From assembly GCA_030704615.1 (NCBI GenBank), contig CM060731.1:28644001-28708000 (forward strand): DNA of 64,000 nt, in the 5' to 3' direction. Numbering within the stretch: position 1 is the stretch's first letter; each line of letters starts with the position of its first letter. Under the pieces are notes generated by a model, which did not search any database, had not been told where the DNA came from, and saw only the letters and a list, made by a program, of their open reading frames with translations. Below are positions 49,226 through 61,134 of this stretch, one piece after another. A program made the position numbers and the translations under genes. Source of the stretch: Takakia lepidozioides (lineage: Eukaryota > Plantae > Bryophyta).

Positions 49226-52200
49226 GTGTTGAAGGCGGCTAATACCACTTCCACTGAGGCAAAGTTTAAGGTGAAGCCGAAGGAACCCGGCACCTTCGAG
49301 GGCGTCCGAAATTGGAAGGCACTCAACACCTGGCTCTTGGAGCTGGAGCAGTACTTCCGGGCGGCCAAGTTGGGTGACGAGGATCGGGTGGAAGTGGCTC
49401 CCACCTATTTGAGGGGCTATGCTCAACAATGGTGGCAGAAACGCCTTCACGACCGAGGTCCAAGCCCGGAAACCTTGAACTGGAGTGGGTTCAAGGAATT
49501 GATGAAGAGGCAGTTTGTGCCCCTCAACGCGTCCTGGCTCGCCCGGGACAAGATGAGGAATTTGAAGCAAACAGATGACGTTCGGGGATATGTCCAGGCT
49601 TTCAATGTGCTGTTGCTCGAAGTCGCGAACATGGCAAAACCAGAAATGGTCTTCAACTTTGTGGCGGGACTGGCCCCATGGGCCAGGCGGAAGTTGGAGG
49701 AGAAGCCACCTAAGACTTTGAACGAGGCAATTGAGAGGGCTGAATGTTTCTCGGATGTCCCTAAGGGTGAAAGACAAGGCCGTACGGAGCTGAACCACAA
49801 GAAGATCCGGCAGGAAGGTGACTCTTTCCGACCGGAAAAGAAGTGGGATAGGCCACGCGGTGACAATGGCACGTGGAAATCGAAGGGAGGGCCTTCGCAA
49901 GTCAAGGCGGCACCCGGTGCTTCGAAAGGAAAAGCGGGTGGAGCGGCTCATGGCAGACAGAAGGCGACCTTTGATGGAGTATGTTTCAATTGCGGGGAGC
50001 CCGGGCACATGGACAAGAAGTGCACGAAGCCCCGGCAATTGAACATGACTCGGGCGACCCCAGAGCTGTCGGAAGATACCATCAGTCGCTTGGTGGAAGC
50101 GGTGGTCGCCAAGACTTGCAAGGTAGGCAAATTTTCTTGTGAGTTGTATCAAGAAACTGGCGCCTTACGTAAAGGGAGTCAGTTATTGTTCGTGGATGGG
50201 ATAGTATCCGGAACTAACGTGTCGTTGTTGGTGGACACAGGAGCGTCGCACATCCGGCCGAGTAAGTCACCTTACGGAGCCCCGGTGCTATTCGCAGACA
50301 ATAAGGATAGGACGCTGCGGATGTGTGTCGATTACACGGCTTTGAATAAGGTGAATATAAAAAACTGGTACCCTTTGCCAAGGATCGACGACCTTTTCGA
50401 TCGGTTGGCAGGAGCGAAGTATTTCAGCCGGATCGATCTGCGCTCCGGCTATCATCAAATTCGAGTGGCGGAAGGAGATGAGGAGAAGACCACGTGCAGG
50501 ACAAGGTATGGTTCATATGAGTTCTTGGTGATGCCTTTTGGACTCACCAACGCTCCCGCGACCTTTAGCACGCTGATGAACAGCCTTTTCCAGGAGTGGT
50601 TGGATGACTTTGTGATCGTGTACATCGACGACATCTTGGTGTATTCGAAAACAAAGGAGGAGCACCTGGAGCACCTCAAAAGGGTGTTCCAGAAATTGCG
50701 GGAAGGGAAGCTGTATGCCAAAGCTTCAAAGTGCGAATTCGGGGTCACAAAAGTGGAGTTCCTGGGGCATGTGATTACACAGGATGGGATCAGAATGGAT
50801 GACAGGAAGGTGAGGGCAATCTTGGACTGGGAGCCTCCGACTTCGGTCCCGGGAGTGCGATCCTTCCTAGGACTCGCCTCCTACTACCGGAAGTATGTGA
50901 GAAATTTCGCCAAGATCGCAGGGCCGCTATCAGATCTTCTGTGTAAATCCAAAGTCTGGGCATGGAACACCTTTTGTGGCCAAGCTTTTGTTGAATTGAA
51001 GCAGCGGATGGCGGAAGCTCCAGTCTTGAAAATCCCGGAGTTCGATCGTCCGTTCGAGATTCATACAGATGCGTTGGACTTCGCGATTGGGGGTGTACTG
51101 ATGCAAGATGGATGCCCAGTGGCTTACGAAAGTAAGAAACTGAATGAAGTGGAGCGACGGTGGTCGACGCACGAGAAAGAGATGAAGGCGGTGGTGCACT
51201 GTCTTGAGCTTTGGCGCCACTATGTTGGTTCCAACCCAGTGAAGGTGTTCACGGACAATGTCACGGTGAAGTATTTTGCCACGCAGCCCAAGTTGTCCCC
51301 AAAACAACTTAGGTGGCAAGATACTTTGGCGGTGTTTGACGTGGATATCCAGTACAAACCGGGACAGGACAACGTGGTGGCCGATGCCTTAAGTAGAAAG
51401 CAGCAGCTTTTGTTGGTGTACAGGGGCGAGACGGCGCTCCAAAGGAAGATCCAGAAGGCTTGCCGGAAGGATGAGCTGGCGAAGTCTGTGATGCAGGACT
51501 TGAGGATGGGGGTTAAATCGCAGTTCCACTTGTAAAATGAACTGCTCCGGTATAAGCAAAATCGTCTCTACGTGCCGAAGGGAGGGATCAGAGATAGCCT
51601 CTTGAGAGAATGCCATGATAGCCCGCTTGCGGGCCATGGCGGAGCCAAGCGCACTGCGGCACTCTTGAAGAAAGAGTATTTCTGGCCCAAACTGAGGGAG
51701 GAGGCAGAGGAGTATGTCAAGACATGCACCACATGCCAACAAAACCGGAGCGAGTACAAAAAGCAAGCGGGGCTGTTACAACCCTTGCCGATTCCAGAAG
51801 GGACTTGGGAAAGCGTCTCGATGGATTTCATGACTACTATGCCGCTGTCAAAAGGATTCGATGCAATCATGGTGGTGGTGGATAGGTTCAGTAAAATGGG
51901 CCATTTCATCCCCACCAAAGAGACGGCAACGACATAGGAAACATGGCGACTTTACTTTGCCCACGTCTTAAAGCATCATGGAGTCCCGAAGGATATTGTC
52001 TCAGACCGCGATCCAAAGTTTACGAGTAAATTTTGGAGGGCACTTTGGAAGAAGATGGGGACGAGGTTGAAGATGAGCACCGCCTTCCGACCTACGACCG
52101 ACGGCCAAACAGAAAGAGTGAATTCCGTAGTGAAGCAGATCTTGCGGAATTACGTGTCGGCAGACCAAACAGACTGGGTGGAACACTTAGACGCGGCAGA

Positions 52201-52888
52201 GTTCTGTTATAATAACACAGAATACTCCACAACGGGAGTTTCCCCTTTCGTATTGGTCTATGGAAAAGCACCTCTGGTGCCGACAAGTTGGGCCGCCCAG
52301 GACGTTGAGGAACCGGAAGTAGTGGCGGTACTGGAAGAACGCGAGCGTTTGTTGAAGCTCGCAAAGTACTACATTGTCAAAGCTAGGAAACGGTATGAAA
52401 GGCAGGCGAATCGGAAGCGGAGGGAAGTGAAGTTTGAGGCAGGCACGGAGGTCTGGTTGAACATCAAGAATTTCCGACTACCTCCGGAAGTGAGTCCAAA
52501 GTTCGTACCTCCATATGCGGGACCCTTTTGCATCCGGAAGGTTATGAATGAGGATGTGTATGAATTGGAGCTGCCGGCAAACAGCAAGGTGCATCCAGTA
52601 TTCCACGTCTCCCTTTTGAAGCCTTACTTCAAAGATGAAGCGCGTCCGAATCGGCATCAAGTGTTGCGTCCGCCACCTGTGCTGTTGGATCATGAAAATG
52701 AACCTGAGTATGAGGTGGAGGCAGTACTTAAGTCGAGGAGGTTCAAGAACCGAGAAACGGAGTATCTCGTCAAATGGAAGGGCTATCATCATGTGGAGGC
52801 ATCTTGGGTGCGTGCCTCAGAAATGGGAAACGCATCCGAGGCGGTTGCAGTTTTCGAAGGGCGACCTCAAAAACGGAAGAAGCGTTGA
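49226..52888 (+). mobile_element. Chromovirus (Galadriel/Tcn1-like) gag-pol with chromodomain; PR-RT spacer deleted; stops at 51533 and 51935
   Basis: Gag with CFNCGEPGH knuckle; LVDTGASH joined directly to [12 protein letters not shown]; YIDD; RH ([15 protein letters not shown]); IN (SMDF, SDRD, GQTERVN, GPF); chromodomain YEVEAVL...YLVKWKGY. PPT at ~52903-52919. Confidence 0.92.
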
Positions 52889-53619
52889 TGGGGACATCAA
52901 CCTTGGAGCGTGGGGGAGGCTTAGCCCGGCTTAGCTAGCTTAGGAATCCGATTGCAAAAACTTGTATTGTATAAAAATTTGTTATAAAGGAAATGGGTTC
53001 CAAATGTTGTGCGTCCTATTTTGTTTGGAATGGTGATGCATGGTGTCGTTGACAAGTGTAGAATGCATGCTAGCTTACAAAAGTGGGAGAGGTAAATTGG
53101 GTTAATCGTGTGTTTGCGCAGTGCCGAAATCGGGTGACTTCCATCCAAAGGGGCAAGGAAACTTACGCCTTCTTTAGGAGTTCACGTGCTAGTGCGCACC
53201 TAGCGCGTGCGCATACTATAACTGCGCTACCGAGGGGGTTGCTTTGTAGTGCGGGCTAACGTGGAAGCTGCGTGCTTCCGTTCACGTACTATAATCGTGT
53301 AGCCTCGGGACGAAGTCGTAGTGCGGCTTCGGCGTGTTCCCGTACCTCAGGCCAGCATTCCAAGGCGGACCCAATTGTAGTGATTGGGGTGCACGGTTGG
53401 TTCAAGGTTATCTTCCTAGTCAAAGAGGGTTCGAGGTGAACCCTTGCTCAAGGTGAAGCCAAAAGCGGCATCATGAGCGGTCGCAAACAATGTTGTTGCA
53501 GTAAGGCGATTCGATCCTCGGGGAGGATCGTTCCTTGGCCTTGAAATAGGCCAAGAAGAGTACACTGGGAGGAGCTTGAGAGGCTCCACCCTTGGCCGGG
53601 ACTTGGAGGAAGTCGGCCG

Positions 53620-54512
53620 AACTAGCTAGTGGAGAGTAGAGTCAAGTGTGGGGTTTGGTTCTTTGCCATGGGACGCCATGGTACGGAAACAAACTCCTTG
53701 ATGTGGGACGCCACAACTTGGATGTTCGTTTCCATAAAATGTACAAGCCGATGAGGACATCGACTCCCTGTTGGTAGGGGTGTGTGTCGCGGCCCTTTGC
53801 CTTGAGGGCAGGGGGTCGGGACACAAGAGGGGCTGCCCCTATGGTGGGGGCAGTGGCAGCGATAGGTATGGGGGGCTGAAGCACCCTTGAGTGCCCAAAG
53901 CACTCAAGGAGGCGGAGGCGCTCACTAGGTGGAGCCCCGCACACCGGGTTGCGGTGGGGGTGGCTCCACAAGGGGTGGTGGTAGCTTAGCGGGACTTAGT
54001 GGGGGTGGCATAGGACTCACCCTGGGGCGGAGACCTCGTGGTGGGAGTCGTGGGGAGTCTTGGGACTCATCACGGTCCATAGGGGCCGTGGTGAGTGGGC
54101 CAAGGCTCACCGCGACTCATCACCGGGAGTCGAGGGTGTTCGTGGTGGTTTGCCATAAAATGGCATGGTTGTTTGTGAAACCCCTACGGACAGCTACAGA
54201 AGTATATATAGGGAGTAGTAACCCCGAGAACGATGCAAGCCCGTTGGTGACCAAAAGCTAGTGAGTAAGCGAGCGAGCCGGAAAGCGACCAAAGAGTGGG
54301 GAGCTGTTCCGGACTGCCAACTACCAAAGGGAATTCCGCTGGTTCTAAATCGTTGGAGGGTTCTTTGGGAGATCAAGGGGGGACCGTTATGTCCCGGTGA
54401 GCAGCCGAAGCTCCAAGTTGGCCCGGCGGCCAGGTTGGGAGTTAGGCGCGCGCATCAAGCGAGTAACTATGACTTGAGAGTGGGGAGCTTACCGAAGTGA
54501 GGTGCGCGACAC
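53620..54512 (-). mobile_element. Second copy of the RTE-like LINE 5'/ORF1 region
   Basis: 53790-54512 aligns with 42770-43493. Confidence 0.75.
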
Positions 54513-55872
54513 CTCGTTTCACCCACACCCCCATAAGAGTCTACTGGTGGTCATCCCCAGCTAAGGAGATGAACCCTCTCCCACCGCTCACCACTTCCCT
54601 GATTAGTTGGCTGGCCAGCCAAACATTTGTTTGGATTGGTGAGAGACCCCTACAGGATCTGGACATGGATCCCAAAGAGTGGCAGTGGAATTTCAGGCCA
54701 TCCCCCAAGCCAAAATTTTTTTTGGGTACACAACCAAAAAAGCATACTCGGCAATGCTGAACCCCCAACCCCTTTTGGGTAAATGGAACGAAAGATGGAG
54801 TCACCTGAACTTCCAGATTGAAAACTGGAATTCCATCTGGGGACGATCTGGAACAAAACAAGACCAGCCAAGGTAGCAGCGTTTCTCTGGCAAATAGCGA
54901 ACAGGGCAATAAAAATGGGGGAATGGTTGGGTTTTGATGCTCCCCTCCTCTGCAAATGATGTTCCTAATGGAAACAGTAGAGCACTATCTGCTCCATTGT
55001 CACGGACCAACTGCAGTCTGGCCCCTCGCAGCAAGCTTCTACAGTACCTGGGAACACATAAACCTCACACCGGCGGCCATTCTGCTGAATTATGACCCAG
55101 CAACAAAAACAAAGCCAATCACTGCCCAATTTACGATACTCTTAGAAGCGCTACGCTCTAGCACCTCTGGAAAATCAGATGCGAAAAAACTTTCAATGCA
55201 AAAACAACTAGAACTTCCTCACTCCTCGCAAAAATCTACATGGACATACAAATTGAAGCCAGGAAAGCATGGAAAAAACTATGTGCACGATCGGACCAAC
55301 AAGCTTCCCAGCTACACTCTACCTTCATTGCGACTTGGGGGCGGAATGGGATCATCTGCAACAGCCCCAATCCGGATCGCTGCGACTGGAACAAACTGCC
55401 CCCAAGGGCTTGGAGAGACGCCACGGGTACTATCCACAGCCTCGCCGGAGTTTGACAAGGATATCAACTGGAAGCACGTTAAGCAATCATCAAAGGCCTC
55501 CAGGCTCAGCTTCTACTAGGTCTGTCGGGCAAGCAATCCGCTGGAGCAGGCCTAACCGTAGCTTGTTTTGGACTCTAGCAGCTATGGTTTTCAGAAACAC
55601 ACATTATCGAATCCGGTGGGATCGCCACCACTTAGCAGCATTACGCAAAAAGGCCAAAGGCTTCAGGCCGGACAGTTCGTTATTACTCATCATGAGTGGT
55701 TAGGCTCCGATTCACTGACTACGGTGTGTGTGCCTTATGGCGTAATCAGAGGGTTTAATTTTTTCCCTCCCAATAACCATCTATGTAAGGGCCTCGCCCA
55801 CCAAAAATATTTCGGAATAAAGTTAACCAGGGCTCCAACCCTGTTAAAAGAAAAAAGAAAAAAGAAAAAAAA
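54513..55872 (+). mobile_element. L1-like LINE 3' end (zf-RVT, 3' UTR, poly(A))
   Basis: EWQW, KWNERWS, FLWQIANRAIK...ETVEHYLLHC; A-rich tail at 55846-55872. Confidence 0.8.
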
Positions 55873-56664
55873 CCAGATTATGCGTATGTAATAATATATG
55901 ACATGTATATTTCTGTGTACATTACGTATAATACACCTGGTAGCCCAGGCACCAAGTCTGAGATTCGTTACCCCCTGTGCCTTTTACTATCCGGGTGTAT
56001 TTCTACCCGGTTCTTTTCAATAGCCCATGCCCTCTTGCCGGTGCCACGGAATCATCTTCTGGAATAAGACCCAGGGGTATTGGAATCTTTCAAGGGTCCG
56101 GGGTCTTGTAAAAGCATGGCCATTTTGGTATTCTGTATCCAACTGGAAATAAGATAGTAGACACATGTACGTGGCAGCCCCTTGTGCTCTCATCCGTTGC
56201 AAGTCCGTACTGTAGGCCAGACACTCTCCCAACTCCCATTACCCTCAATACGGAGATTTAAAAAAAAAAAGGCAATCGAAGCAATCTAACTAGGGAGAAG
56301 GACGACCTGTTGCTCTCTTGTTTCCTTTTTTTGGCCCATGTCACCTTCGCAGGACCAACAGTTGATACGTTACATGACAGCACAACAACATCTCACTGAC
56401 GCGAAATAGAAATGCACTAACCATAGTTTCTATAGATAACTTTTGGGTCCAAAAAAGATTGAATCGAACTTGTAAAGTGCATTAAGTTGTTACCTCATTC
56501 CTATTATCTATCCTTGGCGAGGACGTTTGTGAGCGGCATTGCCTGCATATAAATACAACGCAACGCTAACGAGGAGGTCGAGTCTGTCTTTGCCACCCTG
56601 CTCTCTTGTTGCCTTGTCAGTGGGCTTGAGAGTCTTATGGGATTGTGAGTGAAGTTCATTTGCG

Positions 56665-57219
56665 ATGAAAAGGAAACAAGAGGTTCCGAACATGTCTATG
56701 AAGGAGGAGCATGAAGCCATCAGCAAGAAGCACAAGAAGACACTGATTGCCGTTCGAGATTGGCCAACTCTGGGTTGCCGTCCTGACGTTTGGGACGAGG
56801 AGAACAAGACGACGCCGATTGCCGTTCAAGATTGGCCAACTCTGGAGTGCCATCCTGTTTGGGTTTTTGGTTGTGATCTGAATGGTGATAAGGTGGCTCG
56901 CTTGAGCCTGGATGCTGCTACCCGTGAGGAGTCCAGTGGGCAAGAGGGTTGCCATCCTGTTGGGGACGAGGAAATAGCCAAGTGTGCTTGTCGGGAGGAT
57001 GAGGACGAGGAGGGGCCGTTTTTTTTACAGATTTGAATAGAGCATCCATATATATTCGGATTTTTGGTTGTGATCTGAGTGGTGATAAGGAGGCTCGCTT
57101 GAGCCTGGATGCTGCTGCCCGTGAGGACGAAACATCATGTGCATCTTATATGAAGAGCGAGGAGTCGACATCATCACGTGCATATTATATAAAGAGCAAG
57201 GAGTCAGCAGCATCATGTC
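56665..57219 (+). pseudogene. Paralog of the tandem-repeat protein gene, disrupted by DNMT-Gypsy copy 2
   Basis: VRDWPTL repeats and VFGCDLNGDKVARLSLDAA..EESSGQEGCHPVGDEE; TATAAAT at ~56548; truncated at 57220. Confidence 0.55.
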
Positions 57220-57748
57220 TGTCGTGCGCATACATATCGCTACACAACTACATCGTTGTCCAAACCACACCACATATATATGCACAATAAAGTAGTCTGC
57301 CACAATGATAAGAAAGCTTGAAAGGACACACACTCTCAACACAAGAAATATGAAATCCATCAACATCACTCGTTAAAACAGAAGTCGAGCCAGGGGCACC
57401 CCAAGCTGTGGGGACTCCACCCCACAACAACCTACACTCCCATCATGAGCACACTCAGTCCTAAACGATGCAGGAGCTCGGTCGCGCAGGCTCAACTCGA
57501 GAGAGATGAGCCACGCGACTGCCGCTCTCGTGAAGATAAGGCCGTTCAGGTGTCAAACTAAACTTGACACCTGATTTAACACTTGACCTAAATCCAAGTG
57601 TTAAATACAAATAACTAGCTTTATTCTAGTTGTTTTCACACTGTGCTTATTTAACTTGACAGCTGTCGCGCGCATACATATCGCTACACAACTACATCGA
57701 TGTCCAAACCACACCACATATATATGCACAATAAAGTAGTCTGCCACA
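57220..57748 (-). repeat. 3' split repeat block: A1 (57664-57748), GC, B (57306-57661), T, A2 (57220-57304)
   Basis: Same organisation as 12304-12833, with subfamily-specific substitutions shared by its own A1 and A2. Confidence 0.93.
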
Positions 57749-58008
57749 ATCGCCCCCCTAGCTGGTGGGTAGGTCCCTCTACCTCCAGATAGCTACAAGA
57801 TGTAATAGCCACAGCCGTACTAAGTCCTCTATCACTGCCCCTATTGCACTCAAACTCTATAGACCAAGAGGCCGGGTACAAGAGAAGCCCCATCGTTAGT
57901 CGCCATCTTGCAATCTGTGAACTTGAGCCAGGACCTCGTGTGTTCAAGGTCTCCTAGTAGCTGGGCCTTGCGTTTCTTGTTAGCCTTCCATGGTTGTATC
58001 CACTCCCA

Positions 58009-60190
58009 CTATCCAATGCAATGTGGACATAACCAATCCCCATCCGGAACCATCTCAAGAGGTGGAGTCAAGCATCCTATATGCCAACCTCTAGAGCATC
58101 GATCACACACCAGCATGGTGGCTGCCCCTTTAGCAGACCCACACAACATGCACCTCAAACCTGCAGATACCACTGCCAGGTTTGGGTCAATCCTGCCATC
58201 GACATTCGGAAGGTGACATGGCGCACAATTACGCACATGGTCCTTCCAAGTTATGCCATCCCGACCCTCCAAGACCAAGACGCCTGAAGGCAAGACCTCT
58301 CGAACCCTCAAAATAACACGTCATGCAGTCACATCCAGGGTCGTAGGAGCAGTCTGCTGCAGATAGACATAGTCACCAGGGTTGAATCTCCGAACCCCAG
58401 GACGATAGCCCCCACCACGTATGGTAGCATACCTCAACGTATCACGGTGTTGTGCAATGGCAAGGTTCTCAAAAGCCATGGGCATGACTCTCTTGAACAA
58501 CTCTGCACGCTGCTCACATGCACGTGCCCACACGTCCGGATCGTCAAGGTTAAGAACTGTAGCAGCTTCTCTGCGAATGGATGTAGGCAAATCCGGCTCT
58601 CGGCCAAAGAGAAGAAAGTATGGTGAGAAGGAGGCAAGTGATGCTTGCTTGCTGAACCTGTAGCCCATGGCTAACCATGGTAAATGAAGGTCCCAATCGC
58701 CTAGGTGTCCCTTCTGCAAGCCATACTTGCGCAAACCCCTCTTTATTGTCTGAACAACTCTCTCTGCCAAGCCATCGGCCTCAGGATGATCCCGAGAAGT
58801 GGTGCGGTGGTCTATCAAGGCCTTGTCACACAAAGCCTGAAACTCCCCCAAGAACTCTCTCCCTTGCGTGAGTACCTCAGCTGGAGCACCGAATCGGCTA
58901 AGCACACAATCCAAGAATGCATACGCAGCTCCCTCACTAGCCTTATCAGGCAACCAATTCAATCCACTTGGAGAAGTGCTCCACCATCACCAACACGTAC
59001 TTGTTGTGGCACATGGTCAGTGGCAATGGCCCTGCGAAGTCAAGACTCCACTTGTAGCCCAATCCCATGATCGGAAGAGGGTGCAATTGTGGAGTAGGGG
59101 CGTTGAATGAAGCACGCACCCTGTCACACACCATGCACCTAGCCACAAATTGTTGCACCTCTGTGTGCATACCACGCCACCAATACTGCCCCTGCAGTAG
59201 ACTATGAGTGCGTCGCACCCCAAAATGCCCCAACTCCTAATGGGCATGCCGCACTAACCGTGCCCGCTGTGTTGGGTGAGGCACAATCCTCACTCGACCA
59301 TCCTCCCACACTCGGAGCAGGTGTGTCCCCTCCCACTTGAACCTCTTGGCTCGTTGTAGGATCCGATCCCTCTCCTTGGCAGTCACAGTGGCTGCAGTGT
59401 CTCCAGTGCGGAGGTAGTCCAACACAACTGAATCCTCATGTATATCTTTGGCGCCACCTTGCTCATTGCTGGCCTCAGAGTCCTCAGACACTTGATCTTC
59501 AGTCATCCCTGTTGCAGGTCCAACCTGGCCTTCCGCTGCCAAGATACACAGAAATGCAGATGCCTGCCATCCGGGCACCATCTCCTCGTCCGTCTCACCA
59601 TGCCACCGAGCTCGAGTGTCATCCTGCTGGCTCGTGCATGGATTGCGACTCAACCCATCTGCATTGCGATTGACCAAACCCGGTCGATGCACCACCTGAA
59701 AGTCATACTCTTGAAGGATGAGTGCCCACCGTGCAAGCTTCCCCGTAAGCTTGTCTGACTCCATCAACCACTTGAGTGGTTGGTGATCCGTGACAAGGGT
59801 GAAGAAATTGCCGTATAGATAGCACCTGAAGTGTGCCACGGCCCACACTGCAGCTAAGCATTCTCCATCATATGAGCTATACTTAGACTCTGCAGCATTG
59901 TTCGAGCGGCTAGCATAAGCCACTACAAACTCTCTTCCCTCATCATCCACCTATGTGAGCACCGCTCCAAGCCCCAGCATGCTCCAATCTGTATGCAGCT
60001 GAAAAGGACGCCCCCTGATAGGTCGTCTCAAGATGGGCGCCGAGGTCAACCTTGCCTTGAGCTCTTGAAAAGCTTGTTCTTGCTCATCTTCCCACTGCCA
60101 TTCCTGGTCCACCTTGGTCAGCTTGGTTAGAGCCTTTACAATGGCACTGAATCCCTTAACAAACCGTCTGTAATAGTTTGCTAACCCCAT
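58009..60190 (-). pseudogene. pol: RNase H, integrase and PHD finger
   Basis: HTDWS, YASRS, WSLDFAGP, GLAERVV and a C4HC3 PHD; several stops and frameshifts. Confidence 0.9.
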
Positions 60191-60196
60191 GAAAGT

Positions 60197-60975
60197 TCAA
60201 ACTCGGCTTACATCCGTGGGGCGTGGAACCTGTGCAATGGACTCTACCTTAGTCTGCTGTACCCCCAATCCTCCAGGATATATCATGTGACCCAGATACT
60301 CAATCTGGTTGTGGAAAAACTTGCACTTTCCCGGATGTAACTTCAATCCGTGCGCCCTCAAGCGCTCAAATACCCCCTGAAGGTGTCTCTCATGCTCCTC
60401 CACCGTAGCACTAAAGATGATGATGTCATCTATGTAGCACCGAACAAACTCCACCCCTGCTAGAATCCTGTCCATGACTCTTTGAAACTCAGCGGGAGCG
60501 TTTTTAAGCCCAAATGGTAAGAACCGCCACTGGTATAGGCAATCCTTCCCGTGCTCATTGATCCCCCAGAATGCCGTCTTTTGCTTATCCGCCTCCTTGA
60601 TCGGCAACTGGTGATATCCGGATCGTAAATCCAACGTGCTAAAGACCTTGGAATGCCCAATGGCATCAAAGATCTCCTCTGGTGTCGCATGGCATACCTA
60701 TCGGACTTGGTCTGACGATTTACAGGCCGGTAATCACCGCACATACGTCTCTCCGTCCAATTGCCATAGACATCCTTCTTGGCTGGCATCACTGTGGCTG
60801 AAGCATACTCTCCACCAGAGAGCTCTACCAAACCTGCCTCCCAGAGATCTTGAGTCCTCATCTGAATCAAAGACCTCTCCATGTCACTGTATCTATAGGG
60901 TCTCCGAAAGATTAGCGTGTCAGTGGCCAACTCAATACGGATCTCTTGACCCTTCAGTGCTCCCAAGTCCTTCAA
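60197..60975 (-). pseudogene. pol: Reverse transcriptase
   Basis: [45 protein letters not shown]; frameshift ~60685. Confidence 0.93.
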
Positions 60976-61134
60976 ACTGAAGGCAAAGTAATTCCTGTAA
61001 GCCCTCAGGAACCGCCGTATACGTCGTCTCTCTCCTCCGGTGACAATGGGTCCAATGTCAGGCTCCCAATTGTCCTCCGTAACTGCAACCTTAAGTCCAG
61101 TGGGCTTAGAGGTAGAGGACGCATCCCGTGGTTG

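Larger units (their letters stand above)
45432..56137. mobile_element. Long-TIR DNA transposon (TAC...GTA termini, ~255-bp TIRs, 6-bp TSD) with nested insertions
   Basis: 45432-45687 is the reverse complement of 55874-56137 (roughly 85% by eye). Flanks are TCCAGC/TCCAAC. The paralogous empty site is at ~30660-30680. Confidence 0.75.

Noticed and set aside
49100-50152. 350-aa antisense ORF over gag
   Set aside because: Shadow ORF of a GC-rich coding strand; no motifs.
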